Assembly (NCBI GenBank): GCA_002269645.1
Contig: NIVC01001450.1
Coordinates: 186,001-250,000, forward strand
Reading direction: 5' to 3'
Source: Macrostomum lignano
Taxonomy: Eukaryota
DNA length: 64,000 nucleotides
Both the position numbers and the translations under genes were made by a program. Within the stretch, counting starts at the first letter, position 1. Each line of letters begins with the position of its first letter. Under the pieces are notes generated by a model, which was not told where the DNA came from, searched no databases, and saw only the letters and a list, made by a program, of their open reading frames with translations. This document shows positions 11,701 through 24,104 of this stretch, in pieces.

Positions 11701-14343
11701 TGAAGGTGCTATTTTGATCTGTAAGCAATTTGCACCTGCTTGCCAACATATTGCAACTTGTGAGCTTTTCAACTTGCCAGATATGACATGGAGTTCTCTT
11801 TAAAGGAGTGATATGCACTCAACTACTAACATCCCTAAAAAATAACAAACTATATACAGGCAAGCACCCATACACACTCACGAGTCACAAGGTTCTCATT
11901 GGCTCCAAATTTCTAATTGCATGGCTATGAATTGCATGACAACCCCACAAGCCCACAGTTTTCTAATGCCAGACTATGATTAACATTGAGAAGATAGACT
12001 AGCATCTAACAAAGAACTTCTAGATTATAATTAGCAATTAAAGTTATTTATATTATAGTTAAAAGTTGCTGAAACTTATGGATTTTGCTTCTGCTGAATT
12101 TTAATCCCCAGAACTATTTTGCATGCATTTTTAAATCCAAATTCATACTTGCATCATTCTTGTAGCTTTCTAATATTCAATGTCAAAAAATCTATGCAAA
12201 AAGTAAACTTAAGCTTTGAGCTCCTATATAGCAGTTACAATTGATAAGAGCCTAACATTAGGATTGACTTCTAGTTGGTCATTACCAATTTGTAACAGAT
12301 TGATAAAAAAGTGATAAGCTATTGCATCTTAATCAATTCTCAATTATAGCTATTTAACTGATTAGAAAATCAGTTAGTAATATATTGGCTAACAATCCAC
12401 TTGGATAACAGCCATTTTGGTAACAGCCACTTTGGTAACAAAAAATGACCACTTTGGTAACAGCCACTTCAGTAACAAGTGAGAATAATATAATATGTAT
12501 TGATTGATATGCTCCAAAAGAATGTGCGAACAAACTTTAAAGAAAGAACAACAAAACACATTTGTACCTGCATGTGTTTACGAAGGAGAAAAGATAAATA
12601 AGGGAGTAGAGAAGAGAGAGAAATGAGAAGAGAAGGAATAGAGGAGAGAGAAGCAAGAGAAGGGAGAGAGGAGAGAATAGAGTGATGAAAGATCAGAGAT
12701 GAGAGATGAAAGAGTGGAGAGGAGAAATTAGTAAGGAGAAAAAAGAGGATAAAAATGAGAGTGCAGGGCACAGGTAGAGGTCACAAACCCAGGATTCCGG
12801 GATCCCAAAATCCTGGGATTTAGACATTTTTTGATTATGGGATCCTAGGATTAAAAGTCGGGATTATGTTTGGATTTGGGATTTAAATATTGAAATGTGA
12901 AAAGTAGAAACTGAGTTACTGAAATAGTAAAAATTAAGATATTATGATTAATTTATGATGGTATAGTACATATGCATATGCACTGTGCTGTGCACTGTGT
13001 ATTGTATAGTCAGTCAAGAAAGACAGTATGGATAAAACAAACTCCAATTGCAATCATTGGTCAGACTTAGAGGCAGCACTAGTAGGCAGACCCTGGCTCT
13101 TGGGATAGGGAGAGAAATGAAACTTGCTAAGATAGGTTGGGGTGGGGTCTGGGCTCTGGGTATATGATTGGGTTTGGTTGGCTAGATAGGCTAGAGAGGA
13201 ATGAGAGCTTTGTGTATATATGTATACCATAGTGTATATACACTTTATTGACTTTAACAATCTGCTCTGCCTTTGTATGAGGTGGTAGGTGCAGGGAGAC
13301 CTGGAAGGTAGATGGCTGCAAGATAAGGCTGGGCCACTGAAGGCCTCTTTCCTAGTTGTGTTTTGTTTACCCCAAGTTCTTGTTTCTCTTGTCATTTAGA
13401 TCAAAGTGGAACTTAGAAGATCAATAAGTTACTTGATGCTTAATAGATATGATTTAGGCCTAATTGTATGATGCAACTCCTATGAAGACTCTGAACTCAA
13501 CTCAGAACACTAAATATATGATATGGTAGCAATATAGTGCTATTGCTATGCAATGAAAGCTAAAGTCGCTAACATATTTATGTTAATAATAACAATTATG
13601 AGCAACGAGCAAGCTAAATGGTGTTAAAAACGTGTGAAAATGCACAAATAGGATGCTTGTTTTGTCACCAAAATCAGAATTTATGACATAATCAAGGTAA
13701 ACTAGGAGGAAATCTCTAATCCCAAAATCAATCCTGGGATCCTAGGATTTTTTGTTTTTAAATATTGGGATCCTGGGATTAAAAAGAGGGGATTTTGCAA
13801 CCCCTAGACACAGGTATTTAAAAGGCTTTATAAAGGATATGGACAATGGGATTCAAATCATAGAATTTCAGCTGATGGATTCCAAGGAATAGAATTCCAG
13901 TGATGGGAGTTCTTCCCCTTTCTTCTCTAGAGGAGTTCCACTCATAAAAACTAAATGCTAGAAGATAAAATTAAATTAATAAATAGGGCCTAACTAATAT
14001 CCTATATTCTTTATACAAGTTCATTCAAATTATTTAGTTCTGCTAGGTTTACATAAACTATCTAAGGACCAAAAATTTGGGCCTGGGCCTAGATACTTGC
14101 TATTAGAACTAAGGCAAACTAGGCCTACTATATTATTATAAAAGTAGGGGCCTATAACAATTAATTAAGATTAACTTGATTCTCAATTTACTTACCATCA
14201 ATTGCAGCAGATTTTGACAGAAATGCTTGACACTCTTCAAGTAGCTGATTTAGATCAGAATCGAAGTTAGACTTGTAGCTAGAAAAATCTTTGTAAAGTT
14301 TATCAAAGTCATTATAAAGAGCATCCAGCGATTGTTGAGTCAT
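8743..14343 (-). CDS. RMND5: RMND5/Gid2, RING subunit of the CTLH/GID E3 ubiquitin ligase, 398 aa, 5 exons
   Basis: Exons 14343-14196, 11649-11432, 11206-10796, 10189-9834, 8806-8743; all introns GT-AG with matching phases; 1197 nt. LisH-like NTAICEHLIREG; C-terminal ELPIDIDLG..FHSVFACPILR..NPPVRLVCGHAISRDA..FKCPYCPME is characteristic of RMND5. Confidence 0.95.
8837..9830. repeat. ~22-bp degenerate minisatellite (AAATCCCACACAACAAAATCCCC) filling RMND5 intron 4
   Basis: Occupies nearly all of intron 8807-9833. Confidence 0.95.
10192..10545. repeat. 28-bp minisatellite (GGGATTCGAACTCTGGGACTGTGGTTTG) in RMND5 intron 3
   Basis: About 12 copies abutting the acceptor at 10190-10191. Confidence 0.95.
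11255..11400. repeat. 25-bp minisatellite (TAACTCAGAGATAATCCGCCATGCT) in RMND5 intron 2
   Basis: About 6 copies. Confidence 0.9.
12775..13806. mobile_element. Non-autonomous hAT-like DNA transposon (MITE) in RMND5 intron 1
   Basis: Imperfect TIRs TAGAGGTCACAAA / TTTTGCAACCCCTA; subterminal GGGATCC/GGGATT motifs; flanks GGCACAGG / GACACAGG form an 8-bp TSD with one mismatch. Confidence 0.7.
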
Positions 14344-14920
14344 TTGTTACAACTAAACTAATAAGTCTAAAATAATAAAAATTTTAATTAGGCCTACGAA
14401 TTTACGACTCAGACTTATATAGCTATCGCAGAAATGAAATGCAAGTAAATAATAGGATTATTAAAACACAAAATTTCTGATTTCTATTTCCAGTCTTTTA
14501 GTTGCTTGCCAGAGTCAGAGTGCAGCAGGATAGAATAAAACTTAATTGACCAATTATTGAGTATGAGTTCAACTTCATAAACGTTTATTTAGTCTGTATA
14601 AACATACATAACTTACTTAGAGCAATAAGAGGAGCTTTTTGTTCATTTTATACTAGTGGTATGCGGCGATAACATTTTTTTTAGCTTTTATCAACACAAA
14701 AAATTCGTTATAGTCATATAAATATTTTAAACTAGCAATTTTCTTCGAACACACCTTCTTCGAAGAGTGTAATGCTAATGCATAAGGAATCAAGTTCTTT
14801 GCTTTTAATCCCTCCGAAGTTTTTTGCTTTCATTTTCTTGTTATCTGTCATAGAAGTCCTAGGGCCTAGTTCTGTTAAGAAAATAAATATTTAAGCTCCA
14901 TTTCAATGACCCGCTTGCTT

Positions 14921-15089
14921 GCGCAACCTTGGAATCACTCGGCGTCGGCCGTTTCTATTGGCAACACTGCAACACACACATGTAAGTCGCTATTGGCTGA
15001 GAGCAGTGACGTGACTACTATTCCATCCAATAGCGACTTACATGTGTGTGTTGCCAATAGAAACGGCCGGGTGAATCCCTAGGTTGCGC
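14921..15089. promoter_or_regulatory. Palindromic, CCAAT-rich candidate bidirectional promoter (or short foldback element) between RMND5 and PRDM10
   Basis: Arm GGCCGTTTCTATTGGCAACAC(TGCAAC)ACACACATGTAAGTCGCTATTGG (14947-14996) and its reverse complement (15027-15068); four CCAAT/ATTGG boxes; TGACGT in the 30-bp spacer. Confidence 0.55.
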
Positions 15090-16765
15090 CCAAGCATGTT
15101 CTGGACTGTTATAAGACTAGATAAATAAAGGTAAATATCAACATGAAGTATTATTTGAGTTGCCGATGCATTTCGTCCATTTGCATTAGGACATCGTCAG
15201 GGTCTTTTTATTGAGAAACAATTTGAACGAATATTCAGTATATATAGATAGTTGAGAGTAACAAGAGTAGTTGAATTGAGTTTTTAATTGATGGTTTAAA
15301 ACTTGTACATAGTAATCAATTTTTGATACAGTATTGGTTGGGTAAAGTGCATATCAGTTTCAAGCCAGTCCGGTCATTGACAAATCAGCTAAAAAATTCT
15401 GAGTTGACGGCTAGCCCCACCCATTGCAAGTTGGTTATTTAACGTGGGCTGTTTGGTCTTAATGTACAGGGCTTCTAATAGGCAGAGCATGTGATCTCTA
15501 TTACAAAAATCAATAGCCATTGATTATTATGAATGTTATAATTATGAATGTTATAAGACTACCCGATTTAGATATTAGACTACTGAGAGATCAGAGATGT
15601 CGATGTCGAGAATCTTGTCCCCCAGCTCCAGTTCCTGGCTGGGCCCATTCTGGCAAAAGTTTTTATTTTTTGTCATTCTACTTGTGACGAATTTATTCTA
15701 TTATCTCTTACCTGATCATTCCAAGATTTTTCAAGGTCCAATATTGAATATGATTATCCATATCAACATGCAATTTTTGGCCTAGGCCCTCAGCCTAGTC
15801 ATGATTTATATTATATTTTATAATATATAATATGACATAGGCCTATTATTTTACTGTGTACAGTGCATATGCAATGAATGCATATCATGCCATAGTCAGC
15901 AAGGTGGCATTTTTCTTTGAATTTTATAGCATAAAAATTGTATCTGCTATAAAGATTAAATAAAATGAATATTTTAGTTGACTTGATTCAAATATTGAAC
16001 AGAACTGATTCAAATACCAGATATTGAATATGATTATGAATATTAGGCCCTAATAATATTGAATATAAATATTTTAGTCTTTAATATTTTCACCTTGATA
16101 CTCATTAGACATTAGTCACTTGTCAGCCAGGATAGAATTCTTAGACAAAAGTAGTTACATATTTGTGCATGCTAAAAAGGCCTACTTGCAGGCACTTTAA
16201 AGCTATATGCCTAAGCATATTATATTTGTGCATTCTTAGGCAAAAAGCTTTTTGTTGCCAAATCATAGGCTTTGACTTTTACTTGTATACAACATGGTTA
16301 TTTTTAGCTAATATAATACATATTTGTATGCCATCCCAAGAATATGCATGTGCATTTTCTTTCCCCTAAGCAAGACTTTTATCCAGGATTATTAGTAGTT
16401 GTCAAAGTAACTATTTGGTAGTTAGATTGTCAACTTTCTATTTTGATCTTATAAGTCTTATAAAATGAGATGCAACTTGTATACTAAGTATCTACATTAA
16501 TAAATCCATAGTTGGTTTTATTTTTAAGCTTTTGCTGCAAGAAAATTGATAAACTACTATCATTTGTGCCAGTCTTATATGAGGCTTATCACTTATATTA
16601 TATACCTAACATAATGAACAGGAGTAGAGGGTAGCAGCTATATTTGAATGTTGCAAAAAAACTGACAATGATAATATAGCTTTATATAGGAGTTTTTTCT
16701 GTTAATGAAGTTGAATTCTTTCATTCTTTCATGTAAAAAATAAAATGATTAAATATATAAAAAAG

Positions 16766-17880
16766 AAATGAATGAGAGAACAAGTATTAACTTGTTTTCA
16801 TTTACTTATATTTAATTACCAATGCATTTTGACCCTTGTAAGTCATTGTCAGGGCAGTAATGAAATTGAAAATTACCACCAATTTCCTGGGACACCTCCA
16901 TGCGGAATGTGGTCCTAAGCTGCATGTTGAAGCTTTTTTGAACAGTTTTTTTCACTTTTTTCTTGAACTCTATTGCAACTTTCCTAGTCATTTCTTAGTT
17001 CACCTTTATTTGTCTCTGTTTACTCTGTTTTCTCTCTCTCTGTCTAGCTTAATCTTGTTATTCTTATCTCTCTCTCCCTTGCTGCCTTCTGATTGGCTCT
17101 CCATTCTTGCCTATCTCTTCAGTCGCGCACTTCACCCCTCTCCTTATTATCTGGAGTCTAAATTAGTCATATAAATATACTTGTTTGGGCCCTGCGCCTA
17201 CTTACTGGCTTATCTTAGATTCAATTTAACTCTAATTTAAATATCTCATAGTTTAGTCTTAGTATTTTCTCTACAAACTCAATCGAGCACAGTGTCCCAG
17301 TATGTCTGCAACTTGAAGTCCCATGTGCTTTGGCCTCTCAATGTAGGTGTTGTTTATAAATTTCACTGCTCTAGTGACTAGAGTATTTTGTACATTAGAA
17401 AAATTAAGCAACACTTGTACACTAGGGTCAAGGAGCACTGGACCAAAAGATCTGCTGTACAGGAGCACCTTCTCACATGCAACTCATGCTGTAACAGCAA
17501 ACCAATTGATTTATTTAAGATTATCTATTTTTGCCACCATGAGCACACTTTGAACAATCTTAGAGGCTATGTACATCAAAGATCAGAACCTAAGCCTAAA
17601 CTGCCAGCTAGCTATGGGGGGGGGGGTGCCAGCCGCGTACTCAGCGTGTTTTAGCTTGGAGTATACATTACTGCACCGTGTGTTAGAACTTGTTTCAATT
17701 GAAAACTATGTACACGAATTTATATTGTGTATTCAATATATTATAGGCACATTTATTCAACTGTTTATTAAACTTTTCAATTTCATTACTGCCTTGACGA
17801 TGACCTACAAGGGTAAAAATGCATTGGCAATTAAATTAAAGTAAATGGAAACGACTTAATGTTTGTTCTCTCATTCATTT
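16766..17880 (+). mobile_element. Degenerate Penelope-like retroelement fragment (GIY-YIG endonuclease relic) with inverted terminal repeats
   Basis: ~17350-17654 reads VVYKFHCSSD*SILYIRKIKQHLYTRVKEHWTKRSAVQEHLLTC, the GIY-YIG pattern of PLEs; 16766-16873 is the reverse complement of 17773-17880. Confidence 0.75.
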
Positions 17881-18272
17881 TATTCCTATTTATTAAGTGA
17901 GCTACTCTACCAGAATAAAAAGAAAATAATGTACAATTTGTCAGGTTATGGCAGGATTTTTGGAAGTTTCATTCTACTTTTTAATGATAAATACAATGAT
18001 AGACATGTTGCTATTCAAATTTTCTACTTTTCAAATGAAATACAATTATGCCTAAAATATAAGTGATTCTTTTTGTGCTAGACCATTTATACTGAATCAT
18101 TTTTTTCTAGTGGTTTTGATGCCAGGCCATATATGCCAAGGCTAATAAAAATATAGGTAAAAGATTAGATTTAATAAAAAAACATTTATTACATTTTATT
18201 TGAACATAATTAATCTTTTGTTACTTTTTATATGCTGCTTGCATACAGAATTTGCAGTCTGCAGCTTTGGCC

Positions 18273-21200
18273 ATGCCACCAGCCTGTCTGAAAGGGACTG
18301 GATCATCTCAGGCAATGAAAAGCCTTCCCAGAGAGCAGTTCATTGTGGCCCAGTCGCACATTCACCCTCGCTGTCTTGGGCTGTTTGCCCGCAAGCCTGT
18401 GCCCCGTGGTGCAGTGCTTGGCCCACTGGAGGCTCCTCTGGTTGACCAACATTGCACAGGACAGTTTCCTGTGCCACTACTGACAGCTCGGGGATTGCAA
18501 TATTTTGATCTGACTGATGTAAATAAGTGCAACTGGCTCGTGTTCTTGCAGCCTCAGAAGGTGAGCATAACAGTGTCACACAGATCAGCATAGCAGTGTC
18601 ACATGGATCAGCATAGCAGTGTCACATGGATCAGCATAGCAGTGTCACACAGATCAGCATAGCAGTGTCGCATGGATCAGCATAGCAGTGTCACATGGAT
18701 CAGCATAGCAGTGTCACATGGATCAGCATAGCAGTGTCACATGGATCAGCATAGCAGTGTCACATGGATCAGCATAGCAGTGTCACATGGATCAGCATAA
18801 CAGTGTCACATGGATCAGCATAGCAGTGTCACATGGATCAGCATAGCAGTGTCACATGGATCAGCATAGCAGTGTCACACAGATCAGCATAGCAGTGTCA
18901 CATGGATCAGCATAGCAGTGTCACATGGATCAGCATAGCAGTGTCACATGGATCAGCATAGCAGTGTCATACAGATCAGAAAAACAGTGTCACAGGGATC
19001 AGCATAGCAGTGTCACAGGGATCAGCATAGCAGTATCACATGGATCAGCATAGCAGTGTCACACAGATCAGAATAACAGTGTCACAGGGATCAGCATAGC
19101 AGTGTCACAGGGATCAGCATAGCAGTGTCACAGGGATCAGCATAGCAGTGTCACAGGGATCAGCATAGCAGTGTCACACAGATCAGCATAACAGTGTCAC
19201 ATGGATCAGCATAGCAGTGTCACACAGATCAGCATAGCAGTGTCACATGGATCAGCATAGCAGTGTCATACAGATCAGCATAGCAGTGTCACATGGATCA
19301 GCATAGCAGTGTCACATGGATCAGCATAGCAGTGTCACATGGATCAGCATAGCAGTGTCACAGGGATCAGCATAGCAGTGTCACACAGATCAGCATAGCA
19401 GTGTCACATGGATCAGCATAGCAGTGTCACACTAAGTCGGTGGCTAAAACCGCTCAATGAGAATCACCTTAACTGCATAAGCTGTAAAATCTATCAATCA
19501 AAAGGCGCCACCCCTTCACCTGCTGCAGACCTGCAGCTCGCAGCGCAGGCACAACCTACTGGCGCATCAGCGCGGCTCCCAGCTGTACTTTCGCTGCACC
19601 CAGTCTGTGCCGGCTGGCGAGGAGCTGCGCTTCGCGTTGAACCGCTGGATGGCCCGGCTGGCGCGGAGTGGCTTCTGCCGGAGTGGAGTGGCTGGTAGAT
19701 GCGTTGCCAGGGCAGAGGCTGGGCGGCAGGCATCGGTGGCTGCTCTGACAGCTGTCAGGGCGCAGAGGCTGCTGGCGATGGCTCGGAGTCGGCTGTCTGA
19801 GGTGGCTCTCGGAGAGCAGCTGGCTCGGTCTGCAGCTTGTAGCGGTGAAATGGTGAGTGAGACGGCAGTTGATGCCTGCTTACTGTGGGGCGGTGGCTTT
19901 CACAAGTGAGGCTGTAAATGTTGATCAAGCACATTCAAAGTGAGCTCAAATTTACTCATTTCAAAAATTCTAATCATTTTATTCACACACCTATTGTCAT
20001 TCACACATGGTGTGTGATTCATACAAATTCTCATTCTTAGTCGTAAAACTTTCCTTTTGTCATTCACACATTCCAGAGCTTCACAAGAATAACATTACGC
20101 ACCGCATTTCCCAATTGTTTTGAGAAGAATTTCGGTCTTGTGAAAGCGGCCCACTTATTTACTCACTCACTCATTCACTCACTTACTTCCTCACTCACTC
20201 ACTCACTCATTCTCTCTCTCACTCACTCACTCACTCACTCACTCACTCACTCACTTGCTTACTCGCTCACTCATTTACTCACTCACTCACTTACTCACTC
20301 ACTCACTCACTTACTCACTCACTCACTCACTCTCGCTCACTCACTCACTCACTCACTCTCGCTCACCATCAGCGCCAGAGCACTGCTGCAGCCATCGGCC
20401 GGGTGTCCACCGCCACTCTCGACCAGCTGAAGGTCCGGCTGTGCCAGCGCCGACCCGCCGCTGTGCAGGACGCCGCGGCCGCCACCGCCTCAGATTCGGA
20501 GCCGCGGCAGCTGCAGGCAGGTGAAGGCGCCGCTCAATCCGGTCAAAGCGAGCTCGTCAGCTCCGACATCAGTGGCACCGGTAAGGGCGGCCGCGGCAGC
20601 GCCAGCATCAGCTCAATTCGTCGCCGGCTGCAGCGCCGTCGGACTCGCCTTCAGCCGGCGGAGTTCTGCAGGAGGCTGCAGGCAGCGCTGGCCTCAGCCG
20701 GCTTGGAGTTCGGCTGTCGCCGCTGCGGCCTCGTGATGCCGCATCCCGCCCTGGCCGGCTTGCACTCGCGCGGCTGCGTCAAAGTCGATGTGCAGCTGGA
20801 TGACGTGGCCAGCGTCCAGGTTGATGCAGCTGCCGGCTTTGCCGATTCCCTGAGACATGGCGGCCGAGTTGACTGTCCGGTCTGCTGCGCCGTGCTCCAG
20901 GTGAGCTGCCGCTGAATCCTGCTTGATGTCTAATTAGGGATTAACACCTACATGATGGGATCTGTAATTAGGGATTAACACCTGCATGATGGGATCTCTG
21001 ATTAGGGATTAACACCTGCATGATGGGATCTCTGATTAGGGATTAACACCTGCATGATGGGATCTCTGATTAGGGATTAACACCTACATGATGGGATCTG
21101 TAATTAGGGATTAACACCTGCATGATGGGATCTCTGATTAGGGATTAACACCTGCATGATGGGATCTCTGATTAGGGATTAATACCTGCATGATGGGATC

Positions 21201-24037
21201 TCTGATTAGGGATTAACACCTGCATGATGGAATCTCTGATTAAGGGATTAATACCTGCATGATGGGATCTCTGATTAAGGGATTAACACCTGCATGATGG
21301 GATCTCTGATTAAGGGATTAACACCTGCATGATGGGAGCAGTACTCTAGGCGTAGAAAAGTATACAAAAAGCGACATGTACATGCAAAAAGTACATTATG
21401 CGCTTTGCTACAGGGCGGCGCCCGCCAGCTGGCCCAGCACGTGGACGCGGCCCACTCGCTGCCGGAGCCTCGCATCGCCGGCCTGTCAGCCGCCTGCGAC
21501 TTCGGCTGCTCAGCCTGCGGCTTGGCCTTCCCCGGACAGCCCGAGCTGCTGCGCCACGCGGCCGAGGCGCACGGCGTCCGCATGGACCCGGCAGGGCCCG
21601 TGTTCGACTCCTGCCCGCTGTGCAGCTTTGGCGACAGGTGAGGGAGAGTTGAATCAGTCTACTGGATAAAAAATGCTGCGTGAGCTTCATGTAGCCGATG
21701 TAGCCGATATAGTTTTCTTCAGGACGTAGCCGATATGTATCGAAAGTGTAGTTTTTAAGGTAGCCGATATGTATTGAAAGCATGCTTTTCAGGTATTTGA
21801 TATGTATCAAAATTAAGTTATTTTCAAGTAGCCGATATGTATCGAAAGAAATTTATTTCAGGTATTTGATATGTATCAAAAGTAAGTTGTTTTCTGGTAG
21901 CCGATATGTATCGAAAGTAATTTATTTCAGGTAGCCGATATGTATCGAAAGTATGTATTTAACCCGCAGCCCCAGTGCCGGCTGCCTCCGCAACCATCTG
22001 AAGTCGCACTGCCAGGGCCTCGGACAGCCGGTCTGCCAGCTCTGCGGCCACTGCAGTCGCAGCCGCCGACAGCTGGCCCGGCACTACGAGGCCGCCCACC
22101 GGGACCCTGCGCTCGGCGACTTTCCCTGCCGCGTCTGCCACCGCCGGGCCGCCACCCTCGCCCAGGCCAAGCGGCACCAGCGCAACTGCCACAGCGGCGG
22201 CGGCACCGACAGCTCCGGCATCAGTCAGCAGCTGAAGCCGCCCCAGCAGTTTGCCTGCGACCACTGCGGTCGGAGGTTCGCCAAGCGGTCTCGCCTGCGC
22301 GACCATCTGGCCGCCTCCAGCGTTTGCCGCAGCGGCGTTGGCAGCTCAGCCGGCAACCTGCCGGTCAGCCAGCAGCCAGTCTGCCAGGGCTGCGGCCGCA
22401 GGTTCTCGCGCAGAGACAAACTCGCCGCTCACCTCAGGCTGGGCCGTTGCAAGGGCAGCAAAGGCGTCGGCGACCTCCCCGGACGGCCCAAGAAGCCGAG
22501 ATGCGTGCCGCAGGTGCCCTCCACCGATTTTGAACGGTTTATTTACAAATGCCGCGACTGCAGTCTGGGCTTCAAGCGGCGTGGGGTGCTGGTCAATCAT
22601 ATGGTTTGTAGTTCAATATATGATGTTCCTGTTTGTATTGGTATTCTCTTTGAGTCTATTGCTGTACGTCTGGATCTTAGCGCCACAAACTCAGTCAGCA
22701 CTTTGACCGCAGCACATTGGCATCAAAACCTTGACGTACCCTACACCTTGACGTACCCTACACCTTGACGTACCCTACACCTTGACCCCTACACCTTGAC
22801 CCCTACACCTTGACCCCTACACCTAGACCCCTACACCTTGACCCCTACACCTTGACATCAACACCTTGACCCCTACACCTTGACCCTACACCTTGACCCC
22901 TACACCTTGACCCCTACACCTTGACCCCTACACCTTGATCCCTACACCTTGACCCCTACACCTTGACCCCTACACCTTGACATCAACACCTTGACCCCTA
23001 CACCTTGACCCCTACACCTTGACCCCTACACCTTGACCCCTACACCTTGACCCCTACACCTTGACCCCTACACCTTGACCCCTACACCTTGACCCCTACA
23101 CCTTGACCCCTACACCTTGACATCAACACCTTGACCCTTGACCTCGGCACCTTGATCACTTGATCCCTATCAGGTCCGCGTGCACCCGGAAATCCCGCTG
23201 AGCAGCGTGAGCGAGCTGAACCTGCCGCTGCTGCAGCAGGTGCGCAGCCGGCCCAACAACCTGCCCTGCCCGCTGTGCGGCAGCCTCTTCCGCTCCGACC
23301 AGCAGCGCCAGGCGCACCTGCAGCGGGTGCACGGGGTCGCCAGCCCGCCCGACCTGCACCTGCCGCCGCCACGCAGCGTCGCCTCAATGGTTGCTGCCTC
23401 GCTGGTCCCGGACTCGAATCCCGCATCTGGCTCCTCAGCATCCTCATCCGCGCCCATCATGGTGGTCTCAACGGCGCCATCCGTGATCAGCATGGCGCAC
23501 TGCTGCCCGCACTGTCCGCGCCAGTACGCCAAGAAGGAGAAGCTCACCTGGCACATGCGCCAGGCCCATCCCGCTCTGGCGCCGCCAACCCGCGCCCAAA
23601 TCCGCGCCGCCATCGCCAGCGGCCTGCCGCACCCGCAGCTTCAGCAGCCGCAGCAGCAGCAGCAGCAGCAGATCTGCCAGTTCAGCGAGGACTCAGAGGA
23701 TCTGCTCACCCAGGCATTGCGAGAGCTCACTGGAAACGGAGCCGGGGTTGACCTGCCAGCTGAGCAGCAGCAGCAGCAGGAGGCTCCCAATGTCCAGTTC
23801 CTGCTGGTCAACTCTGCCAGCGTGCCTGTGCTGTTCAACTCCGCCGTCACCGCCGGCGCCTCCACGGCCTCTCTGGAGGATGACGCGTCCGCCATCGTGG
23901 ACGAGCTGACGGCCAGGGCAGCCGCTGGCGAGTCGGCCGGTTGCCACCAGCCCGCCACCGATGAAACCGACTGGCTCGAGGGCGCCATACGGGAGGCCGG
24001 CAGCGACCAACCTGCCACTGCCGGCCCACGGTGCTGA
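18273..24037 (+). CDS. PRDM10: PRDM10-like PR/SET domain zinc-finger transcription factor, ~953 aa (5' end uncertain)
   Basis: Exons 18273-18560, 19529-19852, 20373-20900, 21414-21637, 21970-22603, 23174-24037; GT-AG, phases match. PR domain SLP..GLFARKPVPRGAVLGPLEAP..CNWLVFLQP..NLLAHQRGSQLYFRCTQSVPAGEEL; STDFERFIYKCRDCSLGFKRRGVLVNHMVRVHP..ELNLP and CCPHCPRQY match the PRDM10 finger region; Q-rich C-terminus. Confidence 0.85.
18570..19430. repeat. 23-bp minisatellite (CAGCATAGCAGTGTCACATGGAT) in a PRDM10 intron
   Basis: About 37 copies beginning right after the donor at 18561. Confidence 0.95.
20155..20360. repeat. (ACTC)n microsatellite in a PRDM10 intron
   Basis: Runs almost up to the acceptor at 20371-20372. 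Confidence 0.95.
20931..21335. repeat. 34-bp minisatellite (GATTAGGGATTAACACCTGCATGATGGGATCTCT) in a PRDM10 intron
   Basis: About 12 copies. Confidence 0.95.
21690..21960. repeat. Degenerate GTAGCCGATATGTATCGAAAG repeat in a PRDM10 intron
   Basis: Several diverged copies up to the acceptor region. Confidence 0.8.
22725..23150. repeat. 15-bp minisatellite (CCCCTACACCTTGAC) in the last PRDM10 intron
   Basis: About 28 copies. Confidence 0.95.
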
Positions 24038-24104
24038 GGTGCCGGCTTCCATTTTTAGATGCACCTCAAATCGCTTCAGGCTCCAATCTTATCTCGTCTC
24101 TTTT

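Noticed and set aside
15130-15660. Possible upstream PRDM10 exons (MKYYLSCRC..., DVDVENLVPQLQFLAGPILAK)
   Set aside because: Weak splice sites and no match to the PRDM zinc knuckle; left unassigned
20931-21335. 34-bp arrays here and at 35187-36453 as possible CRISPR arrays
   Set aside because: Units are head-to-tail with no unique spacers, there are no cas genes, and the context is eukaryotic
20931-21335. TTAGGG within the 34-bp unit as interstitial telomere
   Set aside because: Only one hexamer per unit, not a tandem telomeric tract
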